A DNA stretch of 64,000 nt from a virus: the IMG/VR virus record IMGVR_UViG_3300044858_003284; one strand, given 5' to 3'. Below are positions 8,724 through 19,076 of the stretch, in pieces. Numbering within the stretch: the first letter of the stretch is position 1; each line of letters begins with the position of its first letter. The notes beneath the pieces were generated by a model that ran no database searches, was not told the origin of the DNA, and was given only the letters and a program-made list of their open reading frames with translations. The translations under genes and the position numbers were made by a program.

Positions 8724-9803
8724 ATGTCGACCAAATCCAGATTAATTAGTGGCCGTGTACCTGTAACTAGTGCAGCTAACGTTGCAGCTAATAGATATCA
8801 ATACTTAGACCTAAGTTCTGCTGAGCCAAATCTTGGCACAGGTAATACTGGTGATGTATTAATTTATGATAGTACATTTCCAGGTGGTCGTAAGTGGACT
8901 GCTCAAGCTGAGATTCGTGGATCAATTGGTGAAGCTGCATACTCAGAGGCAAATACTGCTTCTGCAAACACATTATATCTTTCTGGTGTTGATGTTGCAC
9001 AGAATAATAGACTTACAGCCGTAGAAACTAATGCTCAGGCAGCCTTTGATGCTGCTAATACAAAGTTGTCAACTTCAGGTGGTACAATTACTGGTTCTTT
9101 AAATGTATCTCAAGATTTGGCCGTTACAGGAAACTTGACTGTATTAGGGACAACAACAACAATCAATACAGCTTCTTTTACTGTTGTCGATTCTTTAATA
9201 ACATTAGGTGTAGGAAATTATACTTCTGATTTATTAGATATTGGTATTAGTGGTCATTACAATGATGGTACGAATGCACATACTGGAATTATCCGAGATC
9301 CTGGAACAAAAGAATGGTACGTGTTTGAGGGTTATACACCGACAGTTGATGCAAACAACAATGTTAATATTAACGATGCTTCATTTGCTAAAGCTAATGT
9401 TAATGCAGACTACTTTAAAGGTAATGTAGCGTTCCCGGATGGTACCACACAAACAACAGCTGCAACAGGCATAGATTCATATGCTAGAACAACGGCAAAC
9501 ACCGCTTCTGCAAACACCATCTATACTCAAGGCGTTGATGTTACACAGAATACAAATATTACCAACATAAATTCTTTAGCACAAGCTGCTTTCAACAGAG
9601 CAAACTCTGGTGCTCGAGCAACAACAAGTAACACAGCTCCAACAAGCAATACTGTTGGTGATTTATGGTTAAGTTTAACAGATGAAACATTGTATATGTA
9701 TTCATATGATGGTGTGAGCAACAATTGGATCGATATATCAGGACCAATATTAATATCAACTAATATTGTTGTTCAATACACCATCACAGCTAATGTAAGT
9801 TAA
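8724..9803 (+). CDS. Fibre stalk protein
   Basis: Shares a ~125-aa module with ORF 16483 (GSLNV.QDLAVTGNLTVLGTTTTINT...NAHTGIIRD..TKEWYVF); C-terminal TAP....GDLW....NNWIDISGP module. Confidence 0.7.
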   Translation: MSTKSRLISGRVPVTSAANVAANRYQYLDLSSAEPNLGTGNTGDVLIYDSTFPGGRKWTAQAEIRGSIGEAAYSEANTASANTLYLSGVDVAQNNRLTAVETNAQAAFDAANTKLSTSGGTITGSLNVSQDLAVTGNLTVLGTTTTINTASFTVVDSLITLGVGNYTSDLLDIGISGHYNDGTNAHTGIIRDPGTKEWYVFEGYTPTVDANNNVNINDASFAKANVNADYFKGNVAFPDGTTQTTAATGIDSYARTTANTASANTIYTQGVDVTQNTNITNINSLAQAAFNRANSGARATTSNTAPTSNTVGDLWLSLTDETLYMYSYDGVSNNWIDISGPILISTNIVVQYTITANVS

Positions 9804-9812
9804 GGATTAAAA

Positions 9813-11231
9813 ATGCCATTAAATGAAGGTCAAACAGTCCAATATACAGTAACTACAACTAATACAGCTGATGGTACTGTATTATATTGGAAAACCACAG
9901 GTAATACGACCAACTCCGATATAGTTGGTGGTAATACTGGAACAATTACAATTACAAATAATCAAGCAGTGTTTAATGTTACTACTTCTGCTGACGTAAC
10001 ATTAGACGGAACAAAAACATTAGGTATTGCTTTGTCTACAGGTTCAGTAAGTGGTCCAACAGTAGGACAAACTACAAATCCGATTACAGTTGAAGATACA
10101 TCGGTACCTCCAACAGCAAAACTATACACCTGGGGTTATAACGCTGCCGGAGAATTAGCACTTAATGATACAGTTAATCGATCCAGTCCAGTTCAAGTAG
10201 GAACGGAAATAAATTGGAGTATATTGAGCTCAAAAGGACTTAGCACACTTGCTATTAAAACCGATGGTACATTATGGGCTTGGGGTAGAAGTTATCAGGG
10301 TGTATTGGGCCTAAACAGTGATGTTTATTCCTATAAATCAAGTCCAGTTCAAGTAGGAACAGATACCAATTGGAGTAAAGTGAGTCATAGTGGAACACAT
10401 GCATTAGCTATTAAAACCGATGGTACTTTATGGGCATGGGGAAAAAATGATTATGGTCAATTAGGACTGAACAACATACTTACTCCATCCTATCGTGGCA
10501 GATCCAGTCCAACACAAGTAGGAACAGGAACCAATTGGATGTCAGTAAGTGCTGCTGAAACTATAACAGCAGCTATTAAAACCGATGGTACTCTTTGGAC
10601 ATGGGGCCGAGATCGGCCCGGAACAAATCCAGTTCCTATGTTGGCTCGACCTGGTGATACTTACATAAGCAGATCCAGCCCCGTTCAAGTAGGAACAGAT
10701 ACTACATGGAGTAAAGTAAATATGGGTGTATCAGTTGCTATGGCAATTAAAACCAATGGCACATTGTGGACTTGGGGAACAGGTCGAGCAATGGGATTAA
10801 ATATTAACTATGGTTATAGATCCAGTCCAACACAAGTGGGATCACTCACAACATGGAGTGAAGCAGTCGTCAATCAAATGAATAGATTTAACAATAATTG
10901 TATTGCTCTAAGAACCGATGGCACGTTGTGGATATGGGGAAATAATCAAGAAGGTCAACTAGGATTTAATAACGCTTCTGACGGAACTCACAAATCTAGC
11001 CCAACTCAATTAGGAACAAACACTTGGACTAGTATATCGTTTGATGATCAAAAAACAGCAGCTGCTGTTAGAAGTGATGGTACTTTATGGGCATGGGGTA
11101 ATAATTTTGATGGACAATTGGGACAAAATAACAGGACATATAGGTCCAGTCCAGTTCAAGTAGGAACAAGAACCAATTGGAGTTTAGTCAGTATGGGATA
11201 TCGAAAAATTCATGCAATTACCAACACATAG
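9813..11231 (+). CDS. Ig/Calx-beta-like domain plus RCC1/BLIP-II-like beta-propeller protein
   Basis: ~50-aa repeats AIKTDGTLWxWG.N..G.LG.N....RSSPxQVG..T.W. Confidence 0.85.
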   Translation: MPLNEGQTVQYTVTTTNTADGTVLYWKTTGNTTNSDIVGGNTGTITITNNQAVFNVTTSADVTLDGTKTLGIALSTGSVSGPTVGQTTNPITVEDTSVPPTAKLYTWGYNAAGELALNDTVNRSSPVQVGTEINWSILSSKGLSTLAIKTDGTLWAWGRSYQGVLGLNSDVYSYKSSPVQVGTDTNWSKVSHSGTHALAIKTDGTLWAWGKNDYGQLGLNNILTPSYRGRSSPTQVGTGTNWMSVSAAETITAAIKTDGTLWTWGRDRPGTNPVPMLARPGDTYISRSSPVQVGTDTTWSKVNMGVSVAMAIKTNGTLWTWGTGRAMGLNINYGYRSSPTQVGSLTTWSEAVVNQMNRFNNNCIALRTDGTLWIWGNNQEGQLGFNNASDGTHKSSPTQLGTNTWTSISFDDQKTAAAVRSDGTLWAWGNNFDGQLGQNNRTYRSSPVQVGTRTNWSLVSMGYRKIHAITNT

Positions 11232-11262
11232 AATAAATATAAAATAAATTTAGGATTATTAC

Positions 11263-12627
11263 ATGCCATTCCCATTATCACCAGCAAATAACCAAACTGC
11301 CTTAGTAAACGGCATTGTTTATCAATGGAATAATGTGCTTGGAGTTTGGAAAAGAAATGGTTCAATTAACTCTGCAACAATTGGTCAATTACTTTTAACT
11401 TCTGCACAACAATCAACAACCAATGGTTCAGGAACTTTAATCGTTTCTGGTGGTGCCGGTATCACAGGTAACGTTTATACTGGTGGAATTTTTATTACTG
11501 GTTCTGCCAACGGAATTACTTTTTCAGATGGTTCAGTACAAACTTCTGCTGGCGCTTCAGCAGCCACAGGTGCAGCTGCTTTTGCTCAAGCTAATGCGGC
11601 CAACCAATATGCTAATTCGGCTTATGCTCAAGCTAATGCAGCCTTTGCACAAGCCAATGCGGCCAATCAATATGCTAATTCAGCATTTGCAAAGGCTAAC
11701 ACAGTTGCAACTGATTTATCAAACTTCACTTCTCTGTTTAGTAGTATTGAAGCAACACAGAATACTAGAATTAGTAATGCTGAAACACAAACACAAGCCG
11801 CATTTGATAAAGCCAACTCTGCCAATGTTCTAGCACAAGCCGCTTTCAATGCAGCCAATACAAAGTTCTCATCTTCAGGTGGTACAATTACTGGAGATAC
11901 TGTTGTATTAGGAAACTTAACAATTACTGGTAACACAGTATATGCAAACACAGAAAACTTAACTGTCAAAGACAACATCATTACATTAAACTCTAATGTA
12001 ACAGGTGTACCTACACTAAGTGCTGGTCTTGAAATTAATCGTGGTTCTTCTACTAATACAAAACTATTATGGTCTGAAGCCAATACATCTTGGGAATTTA
12101 CTAATAATGGTACGACTTATGAAAAAATTCCTGGATTAACATACGTTCAAGCAGCCTTTGATAAAGCCAATACTGCTGAAGGTTCAGTTGGTTTCCTTGC
12201 CTTTGATAAAGCTAACTCAGCCAATGTTCTAGCACAAGCTGCTTTTGATGCAGCTAATACTGCTGGTGGTGCTGATTCATATGCTAGACAAACAGCCAAT
12301 GCTGCATTTGATAAAGCCAACTCTGCAGCACTAGCAGCTAACTCGGCAGGCTCTGTATTAACTTCTACTGTTGATACATTTACTGGTGATGGTTCAACTG
12401 TTGCATACACTTTATCAACAACGCCAGCAACTATTAATTATACAACGGCTGTGGTTGGTGGTGTTACACAACCAAGGTCTGCTTACTCAGTTGTTGGAAC
12501 AACTCTTACATTTACCTCTGCACCAGCCAATACTCAGATTATAGAAGTAACAACCATTGGTACATCCAATACCACACTATATACAGTTAATAATATTATT
12601 AGTCCATTCTTATTGATGGGCGCTTAA
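11263..12627 (+). CDS. Fibre stalk protein (MPFPLSPANNQ family)
   Basis: Ala/Asn coil repeats (AQANAANQYANSA twice; DKANSANVLAQAAF); C-terminal DTFTGDGST..YTL Ig-like module; ends SPFLLMGA. Confidence 0.7.
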   Translation: MPFPLSPANNQTALVNGIVYQWNNVLGVWKRNGSINSATIGQLLLTSAQQSTTNGSGTLIVSGGAGITGNVYTGGIFITGSANGITFSDGSVQTSAGASAATGAAAFAQANAANQYANSAYAQANAAFAQANAANQYANSAFAKANTVATDLSNFTSLFSSIEATQNTRISNAETQTQAAFDKANSANVLAQAAFNAANTKFSSSGGTITGDTVVLGNLTITGNTVYANTENLTVKDNIITLNSNVTGVPTLSAGLEINRGSSTNTKLLWSEANTSWEFTNNGTTYEKIPGLTYVQAAFDKANTAEGSVGFLAFDKANSANVLAQAAFDAANTAGGADSYARQTANAAFDKANSAALAANSAGSVLTSTVDTFTGDGSTVAYTLSTTPATINYTTAVVGGVTQPRSAYSVVGTTLTFTSAPANTQIIEVTTIGTSNTTLYTVNNIISPFLLMGA

Positions 12628-12637
12628 AGGAAATAAA

Positions 12638-12967
12638 ATGCCAATAACATATAAAGTTCTAGGACAAAATAGCCCAACTGCAAATACACTTACAACGGTG
12701 TATACTGTGCCAGCTTTAACCAGTGCTGTATTAAGCACCGTAACAGTATGCAATCAGTCAAGTGTTGGTGCCACATTTCGATTAGCTGTTCGGCCTTCTG
12801 GTGAATCAATTGCAGCTAAACACTATATTAATTATGATACGCCAGTTCCGGCTAATGATACTGTTTCGTTAACACTTGGTATTACATTGGCTGCAACAGA
12901 TGTTCTTTCTGCCAATGCAAATACTTCGACTCTAAGTTTCAATGTATTCGGCAGCGAGATTAGTTAA
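12638..12967 (+). CDS. Small beta-rich structural/adaptor protein
   Basis: YKVLGQ.SP.ANT.TTVYTVPA...; paralog-like to ORF 8374; TAATG coupling to the next gene. Confidence 0.65.
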   Translation: MPITYKVLGQNSPTANTLTTVYTVPALTSAVLSTVTVCNQSSVGATFRLAVRPSGESIAAKHYINYDTPVPANDTVSLTLGITLAATDVLSANANTSTLSFNVFGSEIS

Positions 12968-14706
12968 TGGCAATAACGACAGCAAGCCAATCTCAGATAG
13001 GACAAGAAACAGCCAAGAATAGTCAGATTGTTACAACATCTGTCAGATTGGTCAATTCTGGTGCGTCTACTGGTCCTTCTATTTCATCTATTATTGTTAC
13101 AGATAGTGGATATAATAATCTTGATGATACGGCTGCTGCTACAAGTAATTCATACATTCGTATTCTTGGCACCGGCTTTACTTCAACAGCCAATGTGTTT
13201 CTCAATGGTACCATGGTACCAAAAGCCAATATTACATTTGTAAGTTCTTCTGAGTTGCGTGCTGTATTGCCCGTTTCAAATACAGGCAACTATGCTGTAG
13301 GTGTATTCAATTCAAATTCTGCTGGTGCTTTGTATTCAAGTTCATTTGTTATTTCGACCATGCCACAATGGTTAACATCAGCAACATTAAACAATGCAGC
13401 ATCCGACACACCATTTTCAATTGCACTATCGGCTACATCCGATTCTTCTGTAACTTATGCAAACACCACAGCATTACCTGCAGGTACTACATTGGCGGCA
13501 AATGGATTATTCTCCGGTACAATTAGCACTGGAACTGAAACAACATATTCATTTGATGTCAAAGCAACTGATACTGAAAATCAAGATTCTTCAAGAACAT
13601 TTCAGGTGACAGTAACAGTAGGTCCAGGACCAGGAGCAATGTATACTTGGGGTAGAAATAATAGTGCATCATTAGGACTCAGTGATTCGACTTATCGATC
13701 CAGTCCCACTCAAGTGGGATCAGCAACCAATTGGAAGTTGGTAAGTGTTGGTACCTATGAAACATCAGCCATAAAAACTGATGGTACGTTATGGTATTGG
13801 GGCCGAAATTACTTTGGTGCTGCTGGTCTCAATGATTCAAATATTGTAAAAAATATTCCAACACAAATAGGAACAAATACAAATTGGAATTTATCAACCA
13901 TTGGAACCTACGCTCATTTAGCCATCAAAACTGATGGTACGTTATGGGCATGGGGATCAAATCAACGTGGAGTAATGGGAAACAATGCTGCTCAAATTGG
14001 AACCGGCGCTTCAAGTCCAGTTCAAATAGGCACAAACACCAATTGGAGTTTAGTGGAACATCAAGGGTATAGTGTTTTAGCAATCAAAACTGATGGTACT
14101 TTATGGGCATGGGGAAATAATTCCAATGGTGAATTAGGCCTTGGTGTGGAAGGTACGACTAACAGATCCAGTCCCACACAAGTAGGAACAAATACCAACT
14201 GGAGTTTAATAAAAAATGGACAATATCAGAATGCAGCAATTAAAACTGATGGCACGTTATGGACATGGGGATCTAGTATTTATGGTCAATTAGGACATAA
14301 TAATACGAACACTATTTATAGTCCAACACAAGTTGGAACAGCAACCAATTGGAGATCAATAGATTGTATAAACCACATGACTATAGCCATCAAAACTGAT
14401 GGTACTTTGTGGACATGGGGCCGAAATCAAAATGGCCAATTAGGACACGGTGGTACTGTTTATCGATCCAGTCCAACACAAGTTGGAACATCAACTAATT
14501 GGAAAACATCTTCTGCATCACGACTTGGTCCATCAATGGCTACCAAAACTGATGGCACACTATGGACATGGGGTCAAAATCAAAATGGTCAATTAGGATT
14601 GAATACTATAGAAAATGTATCCAGTCCTGTGCAAATAGGATCAAAAACAACATGGCAAACAATTCGAGCAGGATTTTTTAGTGCTGCAGCCATATCAACC
14701 ACTTAA
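12967..14706 (+). CDS. IPT/TIG-like plus Ig-like domain plus RCC1-like propeller protein
   Basis: IRILGTGF...FVSSSELRAVLP (IPT-like); LPAGTTLAANG.FSGT Ig repeat; RCC1 repeats. Confidence 0.85.
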   Translation: MAITTASQSQIGQETAKNSQIVTTSVRLVNSGASTGPSISSIIVTDSGYNNLDDTAAATSNSYIRILGTGFTSTANVFLNGTMVPKANITFVSSSELRAVLPVSNTGNYAVGVFNSNSAGALYSSSFVISTMPQWLTSATLNNAASDTPFSIALSATSDSSVTYANTTALPAGTTLAANGLFSGTISTGTETTYSFDVKATDTENQDSSRTFQVTVTVGPGPGAMYTWGRNNSASLGLSDSTYRSSPTQVGSATNWKLVSVGTYETSAIKTDGTLWYWGRNYFGAAGLNDSNIVKNIPTQIGTNTNWNLSTIGTYAHLAIKTDGTLWAWGSNQRGVMGNNAAQIGTGASSPVQIGTNTNWSLVEHQGYSVLAIKTDGTLWAWGNNSNGELGLGVEGTTNRSSPTQVGTNTNWSLIKNGQYQNAAIKTDGTLWTWGSSIYGQLGHNNTNTIYSPTQVGTATNWRSIDCINHMTIAIKTDGTLWTWGRNQNGQLGHGGTVYRSSPTQVGTSTNWKTSSASRLGPSMATKTDGTLWTWGQNQNGQLGLNTIENVSSPVQIGSKTTWQTIRAGFFSAAAISTT

Positions 14707-14770
14707 TTAATTCCAAATGATCCATATACCAAAACAAATAAATAATAGAATAAGAATAAAAGGTTTGTAA

Positions 14771-16453
14771 ATGCCAATATTAAAAATACTACCAGACGCA
14801 ATCAGTAACACAGCAAGTTTTGTGTTTGGTAATGTTACTACCACTTCGATTACTGCTAATGGTGTAAACCTTGGTACAGCCGTTGCAGAAGCTTTTGTGT
14901 TGGCCAATAATGCAGCCAAATCAACCACATCGGATACAGCACCATCAAATCCAAAAGTTGGTGATACATGGTTCGATACAGTAACAAACGTTCTTCTCCG
15001 TTACACCAATGATGGTGTCAGTAATAACTGGATCGATATCTCTGGTCCACAAAATACTGGTTACATTTATCAATCATATGCACTTACACCAAATACATCA
15101 ACGATTAATGAAACAACTGGTAACACAGTAATCTATACTGTTACAACTACCAATACAGCCGACAATACAGTATTATATTGGACAAATTCAGGTTCAACTG
15201 TTGCATCCGACTTTAGTGATTCTGCAAATAGTGGTAACGTAACTATCATAAACAATTCTGGAACAATCACAAGAAGCTTATCGGCAGATTTAGTAACAGA
15301 AGGATCAGAAACAATCATATTGAGTTTAAGAACCGGTTCAAATACAGGACCAATTGTTGCAGTTGCATCTTCTGTAACTATTAATGACACATCAGTACCT
15401 CCAGTTATAAGATTGTTTACTTGGGGATTAAATGATACTGGACAATTGGCACTTAATGATACTACCACTAGGTCAAGTCCGGTTCAAGTTGGAACAGGAA
15501 CAGATTGGACCTTTTTGGCTCCAGGAGGAGGAGCATCCACTAAAGCTGATGGTACTTTATGGATTTGGGGATCTACTTCATTAGTAAGTAACAAATCAAG
15601 CCCAACACAAGTTGCAGGTACTACATGGAATAGATTAGGTTCACAAAGTATGGCCACAAAAACCGACAATACGTTATGGTTATGGGGATCAAATACTTAT
15701 GGTCAATTAGGACAAAATAATAGAGTTAGTGCAACGAGTCCAGTTCAAGTTACAGGAACAACTTGGAGTAGAATAGCTGATGGTGTTGTATCTAAATTTG
15801 CTATTAAAACTGACGGCACTTTCTGGTCATGGGGAATGAATTATTCTGGCCAATTAGGAAATGGTCTTGGAGATCGATATAGTCCTTATCAATCTAGGTC
15901 TAGTCCAATACAAGTAGGATCAAATACTAATTGGAGTGAAGTTGTAAGTAATGGTTATAGTGTATTAGCTATCAAAACTGATGGTACTTTGTGGTCTTGG
16001 GGTGAGGGATCTCGAGGATTATTAGGAACAAACAATAACGATGCAAGATCCAGTCCTGTTCAAGTAGGAACAGATACAACTTGGAGTAAAATAACCACAG
16101 GTGGATCAACCTCTTTAGCTATTAAAACAGATGGCACATTATGGGCATGGGGAGCCAATGATTGGGGTCAATTAGGTCTCAATAACTCAACCTATAGATC
16201 CAGTCCAGTTCAAGTGGGTGCAACTACTAACTGGAGTGAAGTAAATACAAATGATTCAGCAGTTATAGCTGTCAAAACCGATGGCACATTGTGGACATGG
16301 GGTTTCAATAGGAATGGTGTTTTAGGAAATAACGATTGGCAACCATTTAATAATGGAAATAAATCCAGTCCAACACAAATAGGAACAAACACCAATTGGA
16401 GTTTAGGTAGAATAGGTGGCAACGGCGTTGCACATGCTATAACCGCCACATAA
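14771..16453 (+). CDS. Short stalk fused to a Calx-beta-like domain and RCC1-like propeller
   Basis: Carries, in one frame, the NNWIDISGP module and the Ig domain that are split between genes elsewhere; RCC1 repeats. Confidence 0.85.
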   Translation: MPILKILPDAISNTASFVFGNVTTTSITANGVNLGTAVAEAFVLANNAAKSTTSDTAPSNPKVGDTWFDTVTNVLLRYTNDGVSNNWIDISGPQNTGYIYQSYALTPNTSTINETTGNTVIYTVTTTNTADNTVLYWTNSGSTVASDFSDSANSGNVTIINNSGTITRSLSADLVTEGSETIILSLRTGSNTGPIVAVASSVTINDTSVPPVIRLFTWGLNDTGQLALNDTTTRSSPVQVGTGTDWTFLAPGGGASTKADGTLWIWGSTSLVSNKSSPTQVAGTTWNRLGSQSMATKTDNTLWLWGSNTYGQLGQNNRVSATSPVQVTGTTWSRIADGVVSKFAIKTDGTFWSWGMNYSGQLGNGLGDRYSPYQSRSSPIQVGSNTNWSEVVSNGYSVLAIKTDGTLWSWGEGSRGLLGTNNNDARSSPVQVGTDTTWSKITTGGSTSLAIKTDGTLWAWGANDWGQLGLNNSTYRSSPVQVGATTNWSEVNTNDSAVIAVKTDGTLWTWGFNRNGVLGNNDWQPFNNGNKSSPTQIGTNTNWSLGRIGGNGVAHAITAT

Positions 16454-16482
16454 TAAACAAAGAATACATTTAGGAACATTAC

Positions 16483-17625
16483 ATGTCTTTTCCATTATCA
16501 CCAGCAAATAATCAAGTTACGCTTGAGAATGGTATATCATATACCTATAATGCATCCAGAGGTGCATGGTTTAGGACACCTGCAACTGCATTAGCTTCAC
16601 TTACAAGTAATACATTTACTGTCCTAAGTTCGATTATATTTTCTGATGGTACTTCACAAACATCTGCTGCAAGTCCTACAGATTCATATGCAAGAACAAC
16701 AGCAAACACAGCAACAAATAATATTACCATTATTCAAGGTGTAGATACAACACAGAACACTCGTATGTCAATCATCGAGGGTGTTGATACCACACAGAAT
16801 ACTAATATTACCATAGCAACCAATGCGGCTACAGGAGCTTTTGCACAAGCTAATGCAACTGCTGGCGGACTAACAACTGCTAATAGTAGAATAGATGTTG
16901 TAGAAGGTGTAAATACATCTCAAAATACTCGTATGGGTATTATAGAAGGTGTAAACACAACTCAAAATACAAACATTACTACAGCAGATACCAAAGCTCA
17001 AGCAGCCTTTGATAAAGCCAACACATCAATCACCACATCAGGTGGTTCAATTAGTGGTTCACTTAATGTTACACAAGATTTAGCCGTTACAGGAAATTTA
17101 ACTGTATTAGGTACGACAACAACAATCAATACATCCTCATTCACAGTCAATGATTCTTTAATACAATTAGGAATAGGAAATTATACTTCTGATTTGTTAG
17201 ATATTGGTATCAGCGCACACTATAATGATGGCACCAATGCACATACAGGAATTATTCGTGACCATGTCACCAAAGAATGGTATGTGTTTAAAGGATATAC
17301 ACCAACACTTGACGCAAACAATAATATTAATATTAGTGATGCATCGTTTTCTAAGGCCAATGTTCAAGCTGATTACTTTAAAGGTAACGTAGCGTTTCCT
17401 GATGGCACAGTTCAAGCAACAGCCGTAAATTTAAGAATGACTGGAGGCACAACTGCACCAGCCAATCCAACTGTTGGTGATTTATGGTATGACACCGACA
17501 TTGATGTATTACTCCGATACACCTATGACGGCACAGCAAACAATTGGGTTGATATTACTGGACCAACAATTGGTAGATCATCGTATATTCGACCAACATA
17601 TTCAATATCTGCTAACGTAGCATAA
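16483..17625 (+). CDS. Fibre stalk protein (MSFPLSPANNQ family)
   Basis: IEGVDTTQNT coil repeats; mosaic of modules shared with ORFs 19077 and 8724. Confidence 0.7.
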   Translation: MSFPLSPANNQVTLENGISYTYNASRGAWFRTPATALASLTSNTFTVLSSIIFSDGTSQTSAASPTDSYARTTANTATNNITIIQGVDTTQNTRMSIIEGVDTTQNTNITIATNAATGAFAQANATAGGLTTANSRIDVVEGVNTSQNTRMGIIEGVNTTQNTNITTADTKAQAAFDKANTSITTSGGSISGSLNVTQDLAVTGNLTVLGTTTTINTSSFTVNDSLIQLGIGNYTSDLLDIGISAHYNDGTNAHTGIIRDHVTKEWYVFKGYTPTLDANNNINISDASFSKANVQADYFKGNVAFPDGTVQATAVNLRMTGGTTAPANPTVGDLWYDTDIDVLLRYTYDGTANNWVDITGPTIGRSSYIRPTYSISANVA

Positions 17626-17634
17626 GGATTAAAA

Positions 17635-19050
17635 ATGCCATTAAATGAATCCAGTTCAAACACTACAGTTCAATATACAGTATCAACAACCAGAGTATCT
17701 GATGGTACGGTATTGTATTGGAGAACCACAGGTAGTGTATCGAATTCTGATATTGTAGGAGGTAATACCGGATCAATTACGATTACAAACAATCGTGCTT
17801 ATATTAATGTCACCATTATTGCAGAAAATGTGACCGAAGGTAATGAAACATTAGGTATTGCAATTTCTACTGGTTCACAAAATGGTCCAACAGTAGTATC
17901 AACTGCAAATTCAATTACTGTTAATGACACATCATTAGATCCATACTATGCTCTGTTCTCCACAGGATATAATCAAAATGGTGAATTAGGCCTCAATGAT
18001 CGAAATGTTTACCGATCCAGTCCAACACAAATAGGATCAAATACTAATTGGAGAGTAATTGCAGCTGGTGGTCCGAGCCAGCAAGCTGGATTTTGTGCAG
18101 GTATTAAAACAGATGGCACCTTATGGTTATGGGGTAACGGTTCTTATGGAAAATTAGGCCAAAATGATACTGTTTCACGATCTTCACCAACACAAGTAGG
18201 ATCTCTAACATCTTGGTCAAATGTTGTTATTGACCGAGGCGCACAAGCTTGCATGGCTATTAGAACTGATGGTACAATATGGACATGGGGAAATAATGCT
18301 TACACGGGAATGCTTGGTCATAATGAAGGTTCCACGTTTTCTTTTACTAATAAAAGCAGTCCAACAAAAGTAGGAACAGACACAAATTGGAGTAAAATTG
18401 GTGCGGCATCTGGTGCCTTTGCAGCCATCAAAACAGATGGTACTTTGTGGACATGGGGTGCTGGTCAATATGGAAGATTAGGCCTTGGTGATACATCTAA
18501 TCGATCCAGTCCAACACAAGTAGGAACAAACACAAATTGGGCCAGCTTGAACAATACAGCTGGTGGTTACTGGATGGGTGCAATTAAAACTGATGGTACT
18601 TTGTGGACATGGGGATATAATGCTCAAAATCAAATTGGTTCAGGTTCACCAACAAGCAGATCCAGTCCTGTTCAACAAGGATCGGGTACGAATTGGTCTA
18701 AGCTTTATGTAGGATCGGACCACGGACTTGGCATTAAAACTGATGGTACATTATGGGGTTGGGGAAATAATTCAAGACAACAATTAACAAATAGTGTGTC
18801 TAATTATGGAACCATAACTCAAATTGGTAATTCAACAAATTGGGCTGATATTGGAACTGGCCAATATGAAACTGTTGGATTGAAAACAGATGGCACCATA
18901 TGGGGTTGGGGTAAAAATACTGTTGGTGCATTAGGATTGAACGGACTTAATAATTCTTATATAAATTCTCCAACACAAATTGGAACAGGAACAAATTGGG
19001 GTGCAGTAGCTGTTGGATCAATGACTTTAATAAGAACAAATTCACAATAA
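17635..19050 (+). CDS. Ig/Calx-beta-like domain plus RCC1-like propeller protein
   Basis: Paralog of ORF 9813 (MPLNE...TVQYTV...DGTVLYW); RCC1 repeats. Confidence 0.85.
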   Translation: MPLNESSSNTTVQYTVSTTRVSDGTVLYWRTTGSVSNSDIVGGNTGSITITNNRAYINVTIIAENVTEGNETLGIAISTGSQNGPTVVSTANSITVNDTSLDPYYALFSTGYNQNGELGLNDRNVYRSSPTQIGSNTNWRVIAAGGPSQQAGFCAGIKTDGTLWLWGNGSYGKLGQNDTVSRSSPTQVGSLTSWSNVVIDRGAQACMAIRTDGTIWTWGNNAYTGMLGHNEGSTFSFTNKSSPTKVGTDTNWSKIGAASGAFAAIKTDGTLWTWGAGQYGRLGLGDTSNRSSPTQVGTNTNWASLNNTAGGYWMGAIKTDGTLWTWGYNAQNQIGSGSPTSRSSPVQQGSGTNWSKLYVGSDHGLGIKTDGTLWGWGNNSRQQLTNSVSNYGTITQIGNSTNWADIGTGQYETVGLKTDGTIWGWGKNTVGALGLNGLNNSYINSPTQIGTGTNWGAVAVGSMTLIRTNSQ

Positions 19051-19076
19051 ATATAGAATACATTTAGGAACAACTC

